From assembly GCA_963794945.1 (NCBI GenBank), contig CAWCFT010000008.1, forward strand, positions 64,001 to 128,000: a stretch of DNA of 64,000 nt, written 5' to 3'. The DNA is from Endomicrobiales bacterium. Lineage in GTDB: Bacteria > Elusimicrobiota > Endomicrobiia > Endomicrobiales > CAWCFT01. Positions 8,342-18,004 of this stretch are shown piece after piece; within the stretch, counting starts at the first letter, position 1, and each line of letters begins with the position of its first letter. A program made the translations under genes and the position numbers. The notes under the pieces are model-generated. The model searched no databases, had not been told where the DNA came from, and saw only the letters and a list, made by a program, of their open reading frames with translations.

Positions 8342-9346
8342 TTAAGATTCCTCTTCCATCATTTTGTCAAAAAATTCCAGATACTTGTTCGGCGTCGCAC
8401 CCTCGGATGCTTTTATCGCATCCCTGGGGTGCTGGTTTAGCTGACCGGATATCATATAGTTGATGTTATACCCCCAAAGCATTTTTTCACGCAGAGGTAT
8501 GAAGACTTTTTCTATTGTGTCTAGTACGGGCCTGAGGTCGAACCTGGGGTTTTTGAGAAAACCAAGCAGCAGTTCAAGCGGGCAGTTCCCCGCGCCCCTG
8601 CCGAGGCCGTTAATAGTGGCATCCAGGCGGTTGGCGCCATATATTAGAGCGTCTATAGTATTCGCATAGGCCAACTGCTGGTTATTATGGGCGTGGATAC
8701 CGACTTCTTTATTAGTGCCGGCAAGAATGTTCACAAAATTCTTGGTCAACTCCCTTATCTGCTCAGGATATAATGACCCGAAACTGTCTACAACGTATAC
8801 AGTATCGACTGGCGTCCTGGCTAATGCCTCTATAGCTTCAAAAAGGTCTTTATCTTGCAACACTGAGACCGCCATCAGGTTAAGCGTGGTCTCATAGCCT
8901 TTGTCGTGAGCGTCTTTTATCATGTCGATCGCTGTCGGTATCTGGTGAATATAGGTAGCGACCCTTATTACATCTATAACGCTTTTTTCTTTCGGAAGTA
9001 TATCGGCGTGGTAGTCTGTCCTCTCGGCGTTTGCCATAACGCTGAGCTTTGTGCCGGTCTTGTTCTCCCCGACAATTCGTCTAATATCGTCTTCGTCGCA
9101 GAACTTCCAGGCTCCGAACTTGGCGGGCGCGAATATCTTCTTAGATGCCTTATAGCCCAGCTCCATATAGTTTACACCGGCCGCAACACAGGTATCATAA
9201 ACGGTCTTGACGAACTTGTCATCAAACTTAAGATCGTTAATAAGCCCGCCGTCCCTAACTGTGCAGTCAAGTATCTTTATTTCGGGCCTGTATGTTACCC
9301 AGGTCCCTTTCGCGTTCTTGTCTTTCTCGTGGTTTACTGCGTTCAT
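8342..9346 (-). CDS. DRE-TIM metallolyase family protein (HMGL-like / 4-hydroxy-2-oxovalerate aldolase-like)
   Basis: ILDCTVRDGG, VVDSFG, GIHAHNN, GLGRGAGNCPLE. Confidence 0.85.
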   Translation of the reverse strand: MNAVNHEKDKNAKGTWVTYRPEIKILDCTVRDGGLINDLKFDDKFVKTVYDTCVAAGVNYMELGYKASKKIFAPAKFGAWKFCDEDDIRRIVGENKTGTKLSVMANAERTDYHADILPKEKSVIDVIRVATYIHQIPTAIDMIKDAHDKGYETTLNLMAVSVLQDKDLFEAIEALARTPVDTVYVVDSFGSLYPEQIRELTKNFVNILAGTNKEVGIHAHNNQQLAYANTIDALIYGANRLDATINGLGRGAGNCPLELLLGFLKNPRFDLRPVLDTIEKVFIPLREKMLWGYNINYMISGQLNQHPRDAIKASEGATPNKYLEFFDKMMEEES

Positions 9347-10401
9347 ATAATTATCTCCAAAATAATAAAATATACTACCATCAAAATAAATCCAAGCGGT
9401 AATCCGATCCTGGCCCACTGACGGCTTGTTATGCCCAGCCGTCCGGCCGAAATTATGTTCGGTATGTTGCCTGGTATAAGCATGCCACCAGCTATCAAGA
9501 GCCCAAGCAGCGCCGACTGTATCTGCACCAACCCCATTTTCGGGCTTATCTCTGCCGCGGTGAGAGTGGCGTTGTCAACAACCGCAGAAGCTGTATTCAA
9601 CCAGTAAAGAGCCGCTGCCGGCATATTTATCACGTATTTATCTACAACAGGTTTCAAACCTGTTCCCAGCAGCACCAGTGCAACTACAAAAACATAAACT
9701 TTAAAAGACCTGATGAAAATATCTTTGAATGTTTCTCGGTCAATTTCATGGAAACCGGTTTTATCCGAGCCTTCCCTGACGCTCGGCTCAATGAACCACC
9801 CCGTTATTCCCAACCCTATTACACCCGGTATAATGAAAAAGCCGAGATGTCTGAATATGAACAGAAAACCGGCATTGTAAGGGCCTGCAGCCAGTTTCGC
9901 TACGCAGATCGTTGAGAGAGGCTCGCCAATAGGTGTCAGCGCTGCCCCGAGACCTATGGAAAAACACCCAAGCACGACAAGTTTGAGCTCATACTCTTTA
10001 GAGAGCTTTAGCGCTGACACAACTTCAACAAGCAGTATGGCCGCTATTATCGCGGTTATAACGCTTGACAGGAGCCCCAGGATCACGACTAAAGCGAAAC
10101 AGAACAGCTTTGACCCCATTACCCTTTCAATGCTTACTATAAACTTGGTAACTTGGCTTTTGAAATAGAAAATTATAACCCCAAAAACAAGTACTGCAGC
10201 CGTTATAAACAACGGTTCTTTCAGTGCCTGAGTTAAAAGACCTAGCGACCACACCGGCTCCTGCCCCCACCCGTGAGAAAAACTGACGCTGAGAACGCCC
10301 ATAAAAAAAAGAAAAGCTTCTAAGTTCTTTTCTATTATGTGCACGCTTAACGGTAAAAATAGCACGAGCAGCACTACCAGCGTAAGGCTTATTATGAGCA
10401 T
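9343..10401 (-). CDS. DUF1646-like membrane protein (ion-transporter superfamily)
   Basis: Multi-TM; IGLGAALTPIGEPLSTI, DNATLTAAEI, GGMLIPGNIPNIISA. Confidence 0.75.
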   Translation of the reverse strand: MLIISLTLVVLLVLFLPLSVHIIEKNLEAFLFFMGVLSVSFSHGWGQEPVWSLGLLTQALKEPLFITAAVLVFGVIIFYFKSQVTKFIVSIERVMGSKLFCFALVVILGLLSSVITAIIAAILLVEVVSALKLSKEYELKLVVLGCFSIGLGAALTPIGEPLSTICVAKLAAGPYNAGFLFIFRHLGFFIIPGVIGLGITGWFIEPSVREGSDKTGFHEIDRETFKDIFIRSFKVYVFVVALVLLGTGLKPVVDKYVINMPAAALYWLNTASAVVDNATLTAAEISPKMGLVQIQSALLGLLIAGGMLIPGNIPNIISAGRLGITSRQWARIGLPLGFILMVVYFIILEIII

Positions 10402-10410
10402 ATTTTAAAC

Positions 10411-10483
10411 CAATTACAAATCGCAAATTAATGTTATTCTTTACGTCATGAATCAGTAATATGCAAGTTGCAATCTGTAATTA
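10411..10483. repeat. Inverted short-repeat array, family 2 (ATTACAA / TTGTAAT-like)
   Basis: caattacaaatcgcaaatta ... agtaatatgcaagttgcaatctgtaatt. Confidence 0.55.
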
Positions 10484-11339
10484 TATCTTGTTTAGAATTT
10501 CAGGAATTAACTGTTCAGAACCTATCGCCATTATGTGAACGCCGTCGGCAAAAGTTTTAAGCTCGCGGATTGTCTCCGCGCATATCTCAATGCCTTCCTT
10601 CAGCGGGTCCGTTGAGGATTTAACTCTTTTTACTACCTCTTCCGGTATATGCACACCTGGAAGATTGCTTAGAAAATCCATAAATTTTACTGATTTTATC
10701 AGAGTGACTCCAGGGAACACTTTCACATTCATGCTCTTAACTTTGTTATGAAAATCTTTAAACTCAGATGTGTCAAATATAGTTCTGAGTTTGAAAAAAT
10801 CTCGCACCGGCGTTGACCTTTTTCTGCATCATCATCAGCTGCAACTCTTGCGGCTTCGCTGTGGGGTTAACGACTGCGCCAAGACAGAATTTCGGGCTTC
10901 CATTGAGCTTTTTTCCAGCGAGGTCGACACCGGACTCAAGTGTCCTTGCGGCGGTCAATAGTTGCACAGGGTCAAGGTCATAAACACCTTTTGTATCTTT
11001 ATACTCCCCCACCGCGGGATGGTCTCCGGAAAGGATAAGTATATTCTCTATGCCAAGAACATAAGCACTGAGAAGGTCGGACTGTAGGGCTATTCTGTTC
11101 CTGTCGCGGCATGTCATCTGAAGTATGGGCTCGTAGCCTTTTTCCTTGAGAAGCCTGCAGACCGCTATCGAGCCAAGTCTCATGGACGCGCGCTGGTTAT
11201 CGGTAACGTTAATTCCATCAACGAGCGGCCCTATCATATCGGCTCGAGATATAAGGTTGGTTATATCGGTTCCCTTGGGAGGAAATAATTCGGCCGTGAT
11301 TATGAATTTGTTTTGGGATATCTTTTCGTAAAGCCTCAT
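10481..11339 (-). CDS. metF: Methylenetetrahydrofolate reductase (indel near 10785)
   Basis: ELFPPKG, NVTDNQRA, MTCRDRNRIALQSDL, LSGD, GARFFQTQ, GVHIMAIG across two overlapping ORFs. Confidence 0.9.
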
Positions 11340-11986
11340 CTGGCCTTCCTTACATCTATCTTTACCTGCCTGGGTTTAGCGGTTTTTCTTGGCGGAAAGT
11401 AATTATTGACTATATCAGCTTCTCTTCCAGATTTTTTAAGTTTGTCGAGTATCAAAACCCATACGCAGTCCCTTGTTTGATCGGTTTCACATTTACCGTC
11501 AATAACTCCGCCGCACGGCCCGTTGACCATACCTTTCGCGCACCGCGAAACCGGGCAAATACCGCCGGTCTTTCCGGCGACACACTCACCGCAAACTATG
11601 CAATATTCATCATACTGGCCTATCCTCTCGGTCGTGCCTATAAAGACCGGATTAAGCGCCGGAACAAGCGGTTTATCAACTGTCTTTTCTATCGCGCCGA
11701 CCCCAGCTCCACAAGCCAGCACGAGTATTGCATCCGACGCCATTGCTTCGGGCAGATGGGACAGATCCTTTTTTACTATTCGTATATCGCATGGCGTATC
11801 GAGTATTACCGAACCTGAAACCTTCTTGCCCGCTTTTCCAAGTTCCGCTACAGCATTGGCAACAGCTTCCTCGCCGCCGGTCTGACATTTGGTGGCGCAG
11901 GCCGCACAGCCTACAACAAAAATGTTACTGAAGGGCTTGAGCCCTTCAAATATCTCGGCGAGTGGTTTGGTTACAGTTATTATCAT
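11336..11986 (-). CDS. metV: MetV-like Fe-S subunit of methylene-THF reductase
   Basis: GCAACATKCQTGG, ACGAG, CIVCGEC...GGICPVSRCAKGMVNGPCGG...CE...CVW; adjacent to metF. Confidence 0.85.
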   Translation of the reverse strand: MIITVTKPLAEIFEGLKPFSNIFVVGCAACATKCQTGGEEAVANAVAELGKAGKKVSGSVILDTPCDIRIVKKDLSHLPEAMASDAILVLACGAGVGAIEKTVDKPLVPALNPVFIGTTERIGQYDEYCIVCGECVAGKTGGICPVSRCAKGMVNGPCGGVIDGKCETDQTRDCVWVLILDKLKKSGREADIVNNYFPPRKTAKPRQVKIDVRKAR

Positions 11987-12564
11987 GCTTCCTGTTCTTT
12001 GGGTGCCCCCGGCACCCTGGATACCGCGGTCTCTATGCCCAGAGAAATAGCATCCTCGATCACTGCCGCGGCCTTTCTGTATGTTTCCTGTATGATCATG
12101 TTTTCTTCCGGTTTGAATTCTGACAGGACAAAATCTGCGGGGTCGGTCCTCGGCGGTACAGGCCCTATGCCAAGCTTTAGCCTAGGGAATGCGCTAGTAC
12201 CTAACTCTTTGATTATTGATTCGAGGCCGTTGTGCCCGCCAAACGAACCGGCTAGCTTCAGCCTCAAAACGCCAAGTTTAAGCGAAAAATCATCGTTTAC
12301 GACCAGCATTTCAACGGGAGCGATTCCGTAGTAATCAAGTATACCTCGTATCGGAGAACCCGACAAGTTCATGAACAGCGACGGCTTGACAAGAAAGATC
12401 TTATCAGCGGAGTTTTTTATGGAGATCTCTGCCTGCCCCTTCCAGTTCTTCCAGCCTGATTCCCATTGATCTGAAAGAAGGTCTAAAACATTAAAACCCG
12501 CGTTATGACGGGTTTTAATGTATTTATTTCCGGGATTTCCAAGTCCTGCAATAAGCTTTATCAT
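11983..12564 (-). CDS. pth: Peptidyl-tRNA hydrolase
   Basis: GLGNPG, TRHNAGF, FMNLSG, GGHNGL. Confidence 0.97.
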   Translation of the reverse strand: MIKLIAGLGNPGNKYIKTRHNAGFNVLDLLSDQWESGWKNWKGQAEISIKNSADKIFLVKPSLFMNLSGSPIRGILDYYGIAPVEMLVVNDDFSLKLGVLRLKLAGSFGGHNGLESIIKELGTSAFPRLKLGIGPVPPRTDPADFVLSEFKPEENMIIQETYRKAAAVIEDAISLGIETAVSRVPGAPKEQEA

Positions 12565-12569
12565 TAAAA

Positions 12570-12650
12570 CTTCTGTTCAAGAGTTCAAGTGATTAAAGTT
12601 CAAAGGTTTTGATTTTATTGAACCTTTTAACCATTGAACCTTGCACTCGA
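12570..12650. repeat. Inverted short-repeat array, family 1
   Basis: gttcaagagttcaagtgattaaagttcaaagg ... ttgaaccttttaaccattgaaccttgcact. Confidence 0.7.
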
Positions 12651-12658
12651 CTATAATT

Positions 12659-13390
12659 CTACTTCTTCTCAGGTGCTTTTGCGGGGGCTTTGGCATCAGC
12701 CTTCTTATCGCCAGCCGCGGGAGCAGCGCCTTCTTCGCCTTCTTCAGGTTTCTTACCCTTTGCTATGACTTCGGGTTCAGCACCGCCTTCAGCAGCCACT
12801 GCGCCTTCAGCTCCGGGAGCCGGCGCCTCTTCAAGTATAGTCGGAGCTACTATATTAACGATAATGCTGTTCGGTTCAGTGATAACATCAATGCCCTCCA
12901 TCTTGGGAAGGTCTTTGACCGCTATGGAATGGTTGATCTCTAGCTTGGAAACGTCGACATTGATCGATGAAGGTATATCGGTGGGCAAGCAGCTTACCCT
13001 TAATTCTCTTACCACGTGTTCCATGACTCCGCCAGAAAGTTTGACTCCTGGGGCTATGCCTGTGATGTGAATAGGAACGTTGACCTCGATCTTTTCTTTC
13101 AGCGAGACAGCCTGAAAATCGATGTGGATGGGTTTTCTGGATATGATGTCGCGCTGGATCTGTTTGAGAATGGCCGTTTTCGTGTCGCTGCCAACTTTGA
13201 GCGTAACGAGAACGTTTCCTCCGCCTCCGTGCAGTATTTCGTCGAACTTCTTTGCATTTACAGAAAGCGGCATAACCTTTTCACCGTGCCCGTAGAAAAT
13301 CGCCGGGATCATTCCTTTTATCCGCATATCCTTAAGATCATGCTTGGTTGAACCTTCGCGCGTCAGCGCTTCCAGAATAACTTCTTTCAT
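12659..13390 (-). CDS. rplY: 50S ribosomal protein L25/Ctc
   Basis: IPAIFYG, HIDF, GVKLSGG, acidic C-terminal tail; prs-rplY-pth synteny. Confidence 0.95.
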   Translation of the reverse strand: MKEVILEALTREGSTKHDLKDMRIKGMIPAIFYGHGEKVMPLSVNAKKFDEILHGGGGNVLVTLKVGSDTKTAILKQIQRDIISRKPIHIDFQAVSLKEKIEVNVPIHITGIAPGVKLSGGVMEHVVRELRVSCLPTDIPSSINVDVSKLEINHSIAVKDLPKMEGIDVITEPNSIIVNIVAPTILEEAPAPGAEGAVAAEGGAEPEVIAKGKKPEEGEEGAAPAAGDKKADAKAPAKAPEKK

Positions 13391-13440
13391 TTTACTGCTC
13401 CTTTTTAATTAATTACAAAATATTTTGATCTTCTTATATG

Positions 13441-14368
13441 TTATATGAACAAAGCGCTGACCGATTCATCGTTGTAAATGCGCTTTATCGCCTCTGCCAA
13501 AAGAGGCGCGATCGTAAGCACCTTTATCTTACCTGTTTGCATCGCGAGCGGTATGGAATCTGTGATAATTAGTTCTTTTATGGGCGATTCTTCAATTCTT
13601 TGCAAAGCGCTTCCGGAAAGCACGCCATGTGAGGCTGCGGCTATGACATCCGCTGCGCCTTTTTCTTTGATGGCCGCGGCAACTTTCGTAAGAGTTCCGG
13701 CAGTGTCAACAAGGTCGTCAAGAATGATGGCTGCCTTTCCTTTTACGTCACCTATGATGTTCATAATAGACGCTTCGTTCGGCCTCGGGCGGCGTTTATC
13801 CACAATCGCGAGGTCGGCGTTAAGGTGCTTCGCGAACGCCCTTGCGCGTTCTACGCCGCCTGCGTCAGGAGAAACCACAACCATATCTTTCATGTTCTTG
13901 TCTTTGAGGTATTTAAGGAATACCGGCATTCCGTAGAGATGATCGACAGGAATATCGAAAAAGCCCTGTATCTGGCCCGCGTGCAGGTCCATCGAAAGCA
14001 CACGGGTCACGCCCGAAGCGACTATGAGGTTTGCCACAAGTTTAGCCGTTATCGGCACTCTGGGCTCTGCCTTCCTGTCCTGTTTGCCGTACCCGTAGTA
14101 AGGGATAACAGCTGTTATTCTCTTGGCTGAAGAACGGCGAAGCGCGTCCGCGAGAATGAGAAGTTCCATTATATTTTCGTTGACAGGGGAACAAGTTGGC
14201 TGGATTATAAAACAATCCGCTCCGCGGACGTTATCCTCAACCTTTACCTGAATCTCGCCATCGGAAAAACGCGTGATCTGCGCTTTGCAGAGCTCAACAC
14301 CCATATTTCTTACGATCGATTCCGCGAGCCGGCCTGTTCGCGTTTCCCGTGATGATCTTTAGTTGCAT
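13441..14368 (-). CDS. prs: Ribose-phosphate pyrophosphokinase (indel near the 5' end)
   Basis: FSDGE, DLHAGQIQGFF, VSPDAGG, DDLVDTAGT; upstream frame gives the MQLKIITGNAN start. Confidence 0.95.
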
Positions 14369-14385
14369 GATTACCTCTTTATTAG

Positions 14386-14473
14386 AATAAGTTATAAGCT
14401 ATAAGCGTTAAGAAAATTACGCCAAAATCAAAAAAAGTCTTTACTTACAGCTTACAACTTAATGCTTATAACT
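14386..14473. repeat. Inverted short-repeat array, family 3 (TAAGCT / AGCTTA)
   Basis: aataagttataagctataagcgttaag ... cttacagcttacaacttaatgcttataact. Confidence 0.75.
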
Positions 14474-15821
14474 TTCTCTTTTTAACAACCTGCCTCGCGC
14501 GGGCGATAGCAAGTGACTTTGAAGGTACATCTTCCGTTATAGTGGAGCCGGCGCCAATTATAACATCAGAGCCGACTTTGACCGGCGCTACCAGGTTGAC
14601 ATTTGAGCCTATAAAGGACCGCTCGCCAATAAAAGTTTTGTTCTTCTTGAACCCGTCATAATTGCAGGTTATGGTGCCAGCGCCTACGTTGACTTTTTTT
14701 CCAAGCGTAGCATCTCCAATGTATGAAAGATGGTTTACCTTCGAGCCTTCATTGAGCACGGAATTCTTGACTTCGCTGAAATTCCCTACCCTGACATCAG
14801 ACTTTATAATTGTACCAGGCCTTATATGCGTGAACGGGCCTATCTTAGCGCCACTGCCTACTTTAGAACCATAAATGTAAGCGCTTCTAACTTCTACGCT
14901 GTCTCCGAGCTCAGAGTCAGAGATAAGAGTGGCCGGGCCTATGCGGCAGTTGGAGCCCACAACACAATTGCCTTCCATTATGGTACCGGGATATATCACG
15001 GTGTCAGAACCGATTCGAGTATCCGCCGAAATGTAAGTATTAGATGGGTCGGTTACGGTCACACCCGAAACCATGAGTTTTTTTAGAACTTCGGCGCGTT
15101 TCGTGGCCTCGGCGTTCGCGAGTTCTACCCTGCTGTTTACTCCCATGACTTCACCTGTGTCGCAGATTGAATACGCGCCCGTCTTTTTTCCCTGGTTGTT
15201 CAATATATCTATCGCGTCGGTAAGGTAATATTCCTTTTTGATGTTCTCGGGCTTGATCTTTTTCAGAACGCTCCAAATAAGCGGGCTTTCGAAACAGTAA
15301 ATGCCGCTGTTAATCTCTTTTATCCTGCGAACGTCCGGCGAGGCGTCTTTTTCTTCCACTATCTTTTCAACCTGTCCGAGCGGCGAGCGTATAACTCTGC
15401 CGTACCCGTGCGGGTTTTCGTTCGTTACAGAAAGCACGGTCACGGAGTTGTCTTCCCGCCTGTGAAAGTTAAGAAGCGTCAACAGGGTCTCGGTCTTTAT
15501 AAGCGGCGTGTCTGCGCAAAGAACAAGAACGCTGCCGTGCCAGCCGGCAAGCTTCTTTTCTACCTGCATAAGCGCGTGGCCCGATCCGAGCTGCTTTTTC
15601 TGGTCTACAAAGCTTACCTTGTCAGCCTTAATATTTTCCTTGACCGTCTGGGATTTGTGGCCCACAACGACATATATATCACGAGGGTTGAGCCCGCCTA
15701 CGCTTTCAAGCACCCAGGAGATCATCGGTTTGCCGCACACCCTGTGAAGGACTTTGGGGACTTCTGACTTCATCCTTGTCCCCTCACCGGCCGCTAATAC
15801 CACAACTGCAATGTTTTTCAT
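14466..15821 (-). CDS. glmU: Bifunctional UDP-GlcNAc pyrophosphorylase / GlcN-1-P acetyltransferase
   Basis: LAAGEGTRMKS, EYYLTD, hexapeptide repeats, HLSYIGD, ITCNYDG. Confidence 0.97.
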   Translation of the reverse strand: MKNIAVVVLAAGEGTRMKSEVPKVLHRVCGKPMISWVLESVGGLNPRDIYVVVGHKSQTVKENIKADKVSFVDQKKQLGSGHALMQVEKKLAGWHGSVLVLCADTPLIKTETLLTLLNFHRREDNSVTVLSVTNENPHGYGRVIRSPLGQVEKIVEEKDASPDVRRIKEINSGIYCFESPLIWSVLKKIKPENIKKEYYLTDAIDILNNQGKKTGAYSICDTGEVMGVNSRVELANAEATKRAEVLKKLMVSGVTVTDPSNTYISADTRIGSDTVIYPGTIMEGNCVVGSNCRIGPATLISDSELGDSVEVRSAYIYGSKVGSGAKIGPFTHIRPGTIIKSDVRVGNFSEVKNSVLNEGSKVNHLSYIGDATLGKKVNVGAGTITCNYDGFKKNKTFIGERSFIGSNVNLVAPVKVGSDVIIGAGSTITEDVPSKSLAIARARQVVKKRKL

Positions 15822-15839
15822 TTTATTACCTTTAAAAAT

Positions 15840-15875
15840 GTAGGTGTTACTTTTTACGTAGGTGTTACTTTTTAC
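15840..15875. repeat. Perfect 18-bp tandem duplication
   Basis: gtaggtgttactttttac x2. Confidence 0.9.
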
Positions 15876-16127
15876 TTATTATGCATTACAGCAATTATCG
15901 CCGTTATTGCACTTATAACTGATGCTATGCCTGATATCACTGCTACTGCCAAAAAGCTTGGCTCTCTATTTGATCTTTCAGTTCCAATTATGCATTTTTA
16001 AAGTTCACAATCACTGGCCCGCGTAAATCTACCCGATCCACTTTGATATATAAGCTCTCCCTAGTAAATTTCAGCCTAACTCTTTTGCACGTTTTCCTAA
16101 AACATCGTCTTCCAATCGCTTTTTCAT
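15872..16127 (-). pseudogene. Small degraded ORF with a hydrophobic C-terminal helix
   Basis: MKKRLEDDVLGKRAKELG*...AVAVISGIASVISAITAIIAVMHNK, interrupted by a stop and frameshifts. Confidence 0.35.
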
Positions 16128-16128
16128 A

Positions 16129-16404
16129 CTATTCGCTTTTGGAAATATTATTTCTCAAATAATTTTTTAACTGCTTACTTAAATATCTTTTTCCTGAACC
16201 ACTCTTCAAAAACAGTTCCCTTCCTTTTGCATCCTGCTCATTGATATATGCTTCATAGTATATCAATTTTAATGGTAATCTATTGCTTGTTGTTTTTCCG
16301 CCTCGCCCAGTTAAATGTTCGTTAATTCTACGTTTTAAATCAGCGGTATACCCTGTGTAAAACTCGTTATCCTTGAGGCTATGAAGAATATAAACATAAA
16401 ACAC
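16129..16404 (-). CDS. Small GIY-YIG nuclease family protein
   Basis: FYVYIL...FYTGYTADLKRRINEH...LIYYEAY...AKGRELFLK. Confidence 0.9.
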   Translation of the reverse strand: MFYVYILHSLKDNEFYTGYTADLKRRINEHLTGRGGKTTSNRLPLKLIYYEAYINEQDAKGRELFLKSGSGKRYLSKQLKNYLRNNISKSE

Positions 16405-16417
16405 ACATTCCCCATTA

Positions 16418-16538
16418 CCCGTAAAACCGCTTTCAGCGGTCACGGGTCTCACGTAAAAAGTTTACGTATTTTCCTTCACTTTTTCTTCTACATCTATTTT
16501 GGTGTATAACCACGTGATGGCGAAGCCATTTTACGTGG
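16418..16538. repeat. Pair of inverted REP-like bulged hairpins
   Basis: CCCGTAAAACCGCTTTCAGCGGTCACGGG (16418-16446); reverse complement of 16510-16538 is CCACGTAAAATGGCTTCGCCATCACGTGG. Confidence 0.6.
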
Positions 16539-16609
16539 CTCCGGGATCAGGATTCGAACCTGGACTAAGGGATCCAAATTCCCTTGTGCTACCATTACAC
16601 CATCCCGGA
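16536..16609 (-). tRNA. tRNA-Gln(TTG), CCA encoded
   Basis: TCCGGGATGGTGTAATGGTAGCACAAGGGAATTTGGATCCCTTAGTCCAGGTTCGAATCCTGATCCCGGAGCCA folds as a cloverleaf. Confidence 0.95.
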
Positions 16610-16619
16610 ACTATTCAAC

Positions 16620-16700
16620 TAATTGAAAATTAAAGATTAGAAGATTTGGAAGATTTAAAGACTTTAATTTTCAAATTTATAATCTTTTAATCTTCAAAAT
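16620..16700. repeat. Inverted short-repeat array, family 4 (AAGATTT / AATCTT)
   Basis: aaagattagaagatttggaagatttaaagac ... aatcttttaatcttcaa. Confidence 0.7.
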
Positions 16701-16737
16701 TGATTTTGTGATCCCTGGGATTTATATTGCGCCTGAA

Positions 16738-17010
16738 TCAGGTTTGATGCGGAATTTCACTCAGTTTTTTTTCGTATGCATCTAGAACTATCTGCTCTAA
16801 CTGGTGCCTGAAATCGTTCGTTATCGGATGAGCTATGTCTTTGAACGTGCCGTCATTATTTTTCTTCGACGGCATGCATACCATCAGCCCTTTCTCGCCT
16901 TTTACTATCCTTAAATTGTGCACTACAAAAACATCGTCAAGCGTCACAGCAGCGTAAGCCTTAAGCTTTTCTTCGCCTTTCAGGAATACTCGCACTTCCG
17001 TAATGTTCAT
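16738..17010 (-). CDS. spoVG: SpoVG family protein
   Basis: MNITEVRV, LKAYA, MPSKK, FKDIAHPI. Confidence 0.95.
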   Translation of the reverse strand: MNITEVRVFLKGEEKLKAYAAVTLDDVFVVHNLRIVKGEKGLMVCMPSKKNNDGTFKDIAHPITNDFRHQLEQIVLDAYEKKLSEIPHQT

Positions 17011-17123
17011 CGCCCCCTCCTTGCGATATAGGAGAAAGACTCTTACCTGAAGTTAACATTTCTGAAATGACTGCAGCATCTTGTGTCGAAAGCAAAGATC
17101 GGAGCGCAATGCCAGAAACAATG

Positions 17124-17967
17124 TCAGGCAATTGTCTTTACCACCCAGCTTTTCCATCCAAATTCTTCGAGTTCCGGCAACAGCTTTTCCGCAGATTTTA
17201 TATCAGGCACCACACCGAAAACCGTCGAACCTGAACCGGACATGAGGCTGCTGAATCCATGTGACTTAAATATTTGTTTAATGCGCCCAATTTCGGGATG
17301 TTCCGCGAGTACAACTTCTTCCAGGCGGTTGAACATCAGGGCGCCCCACTCATGTAGCGGAGCCTTTGCTTTCAAGAGTTTAAGTATTCTATTAATTTTT
17401 TGTTTTTTTGTCAATGGAAAACGCAACTTTTTATATACGTTTGCCGTAGCCACACCAAAGCCCGGGTTAACTAGCATAATATTGGCCTCGGGCAGGTTCT
17501 TAGCGGTTTCAAGCTTTTCCCCTATTCCCCTGGCCACGGCCGAGCCGCCGAAAATAAAAAACGGTACGTCAGCCCCGAGCTGCTTGGCAAGCGCCAGCAG
17601 CCTTTTTATCGGCATTTCCCTTTTCCATAGCTTGAGCAGCCCCTTTAGAGCCGCCGCCGCGTTCTGAAGACCCGCCGCCTAGGCCGGCGCCCATAGGTAT
17701 ATTTTTTTCTAGATATATCTCAGCGCCGTTCTTAATATTTAATTCATTTTTCAATAATATTGCCGCTTTGATGACAAGGTTTGTTTCATCCACAGGCAAG
17801 TTTTTAATGTTACATTTGAGAGTTACATCTCTGGGTTTTTGTTTAATTATAAGTTTGTCATATAGGCTGACCGCACGCATCAGGGATTCGATGTTATGGT
17901 AGCCGTCTTTCCTGCGGCCGGTTACCTCTAAGAACATATTGATTTTTGCTGGGGCAAAAACTATCAT
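17124..17967 (-). CDS. ispE: 4-diphosphocytidyl-2C-methyl-D-erythritol kinase (indel near 17665)
   Basis: APAKINMFL, KNIPMGAGLGGGSS, LGADVPFF, MSGSGSTVF. Confidence 0.95.
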
Positions 17968-18004
17968 TTTGTAGTTACCGGTTCATGAATTTGAGATGGT
18001 TAAG

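Noticed and set aside
10481..11986. metV-metF as evidence of a Wood-Ljungdahl pathway
   Set aside because: No acs/cdh/fhs genes are in the window, and the pair also serves methionine synthesis.
17011..17123. Structured RNA upstream of spoVG
   Set aside because: No convincing stem or recognisable family by eye; an Rfam search would be needed.
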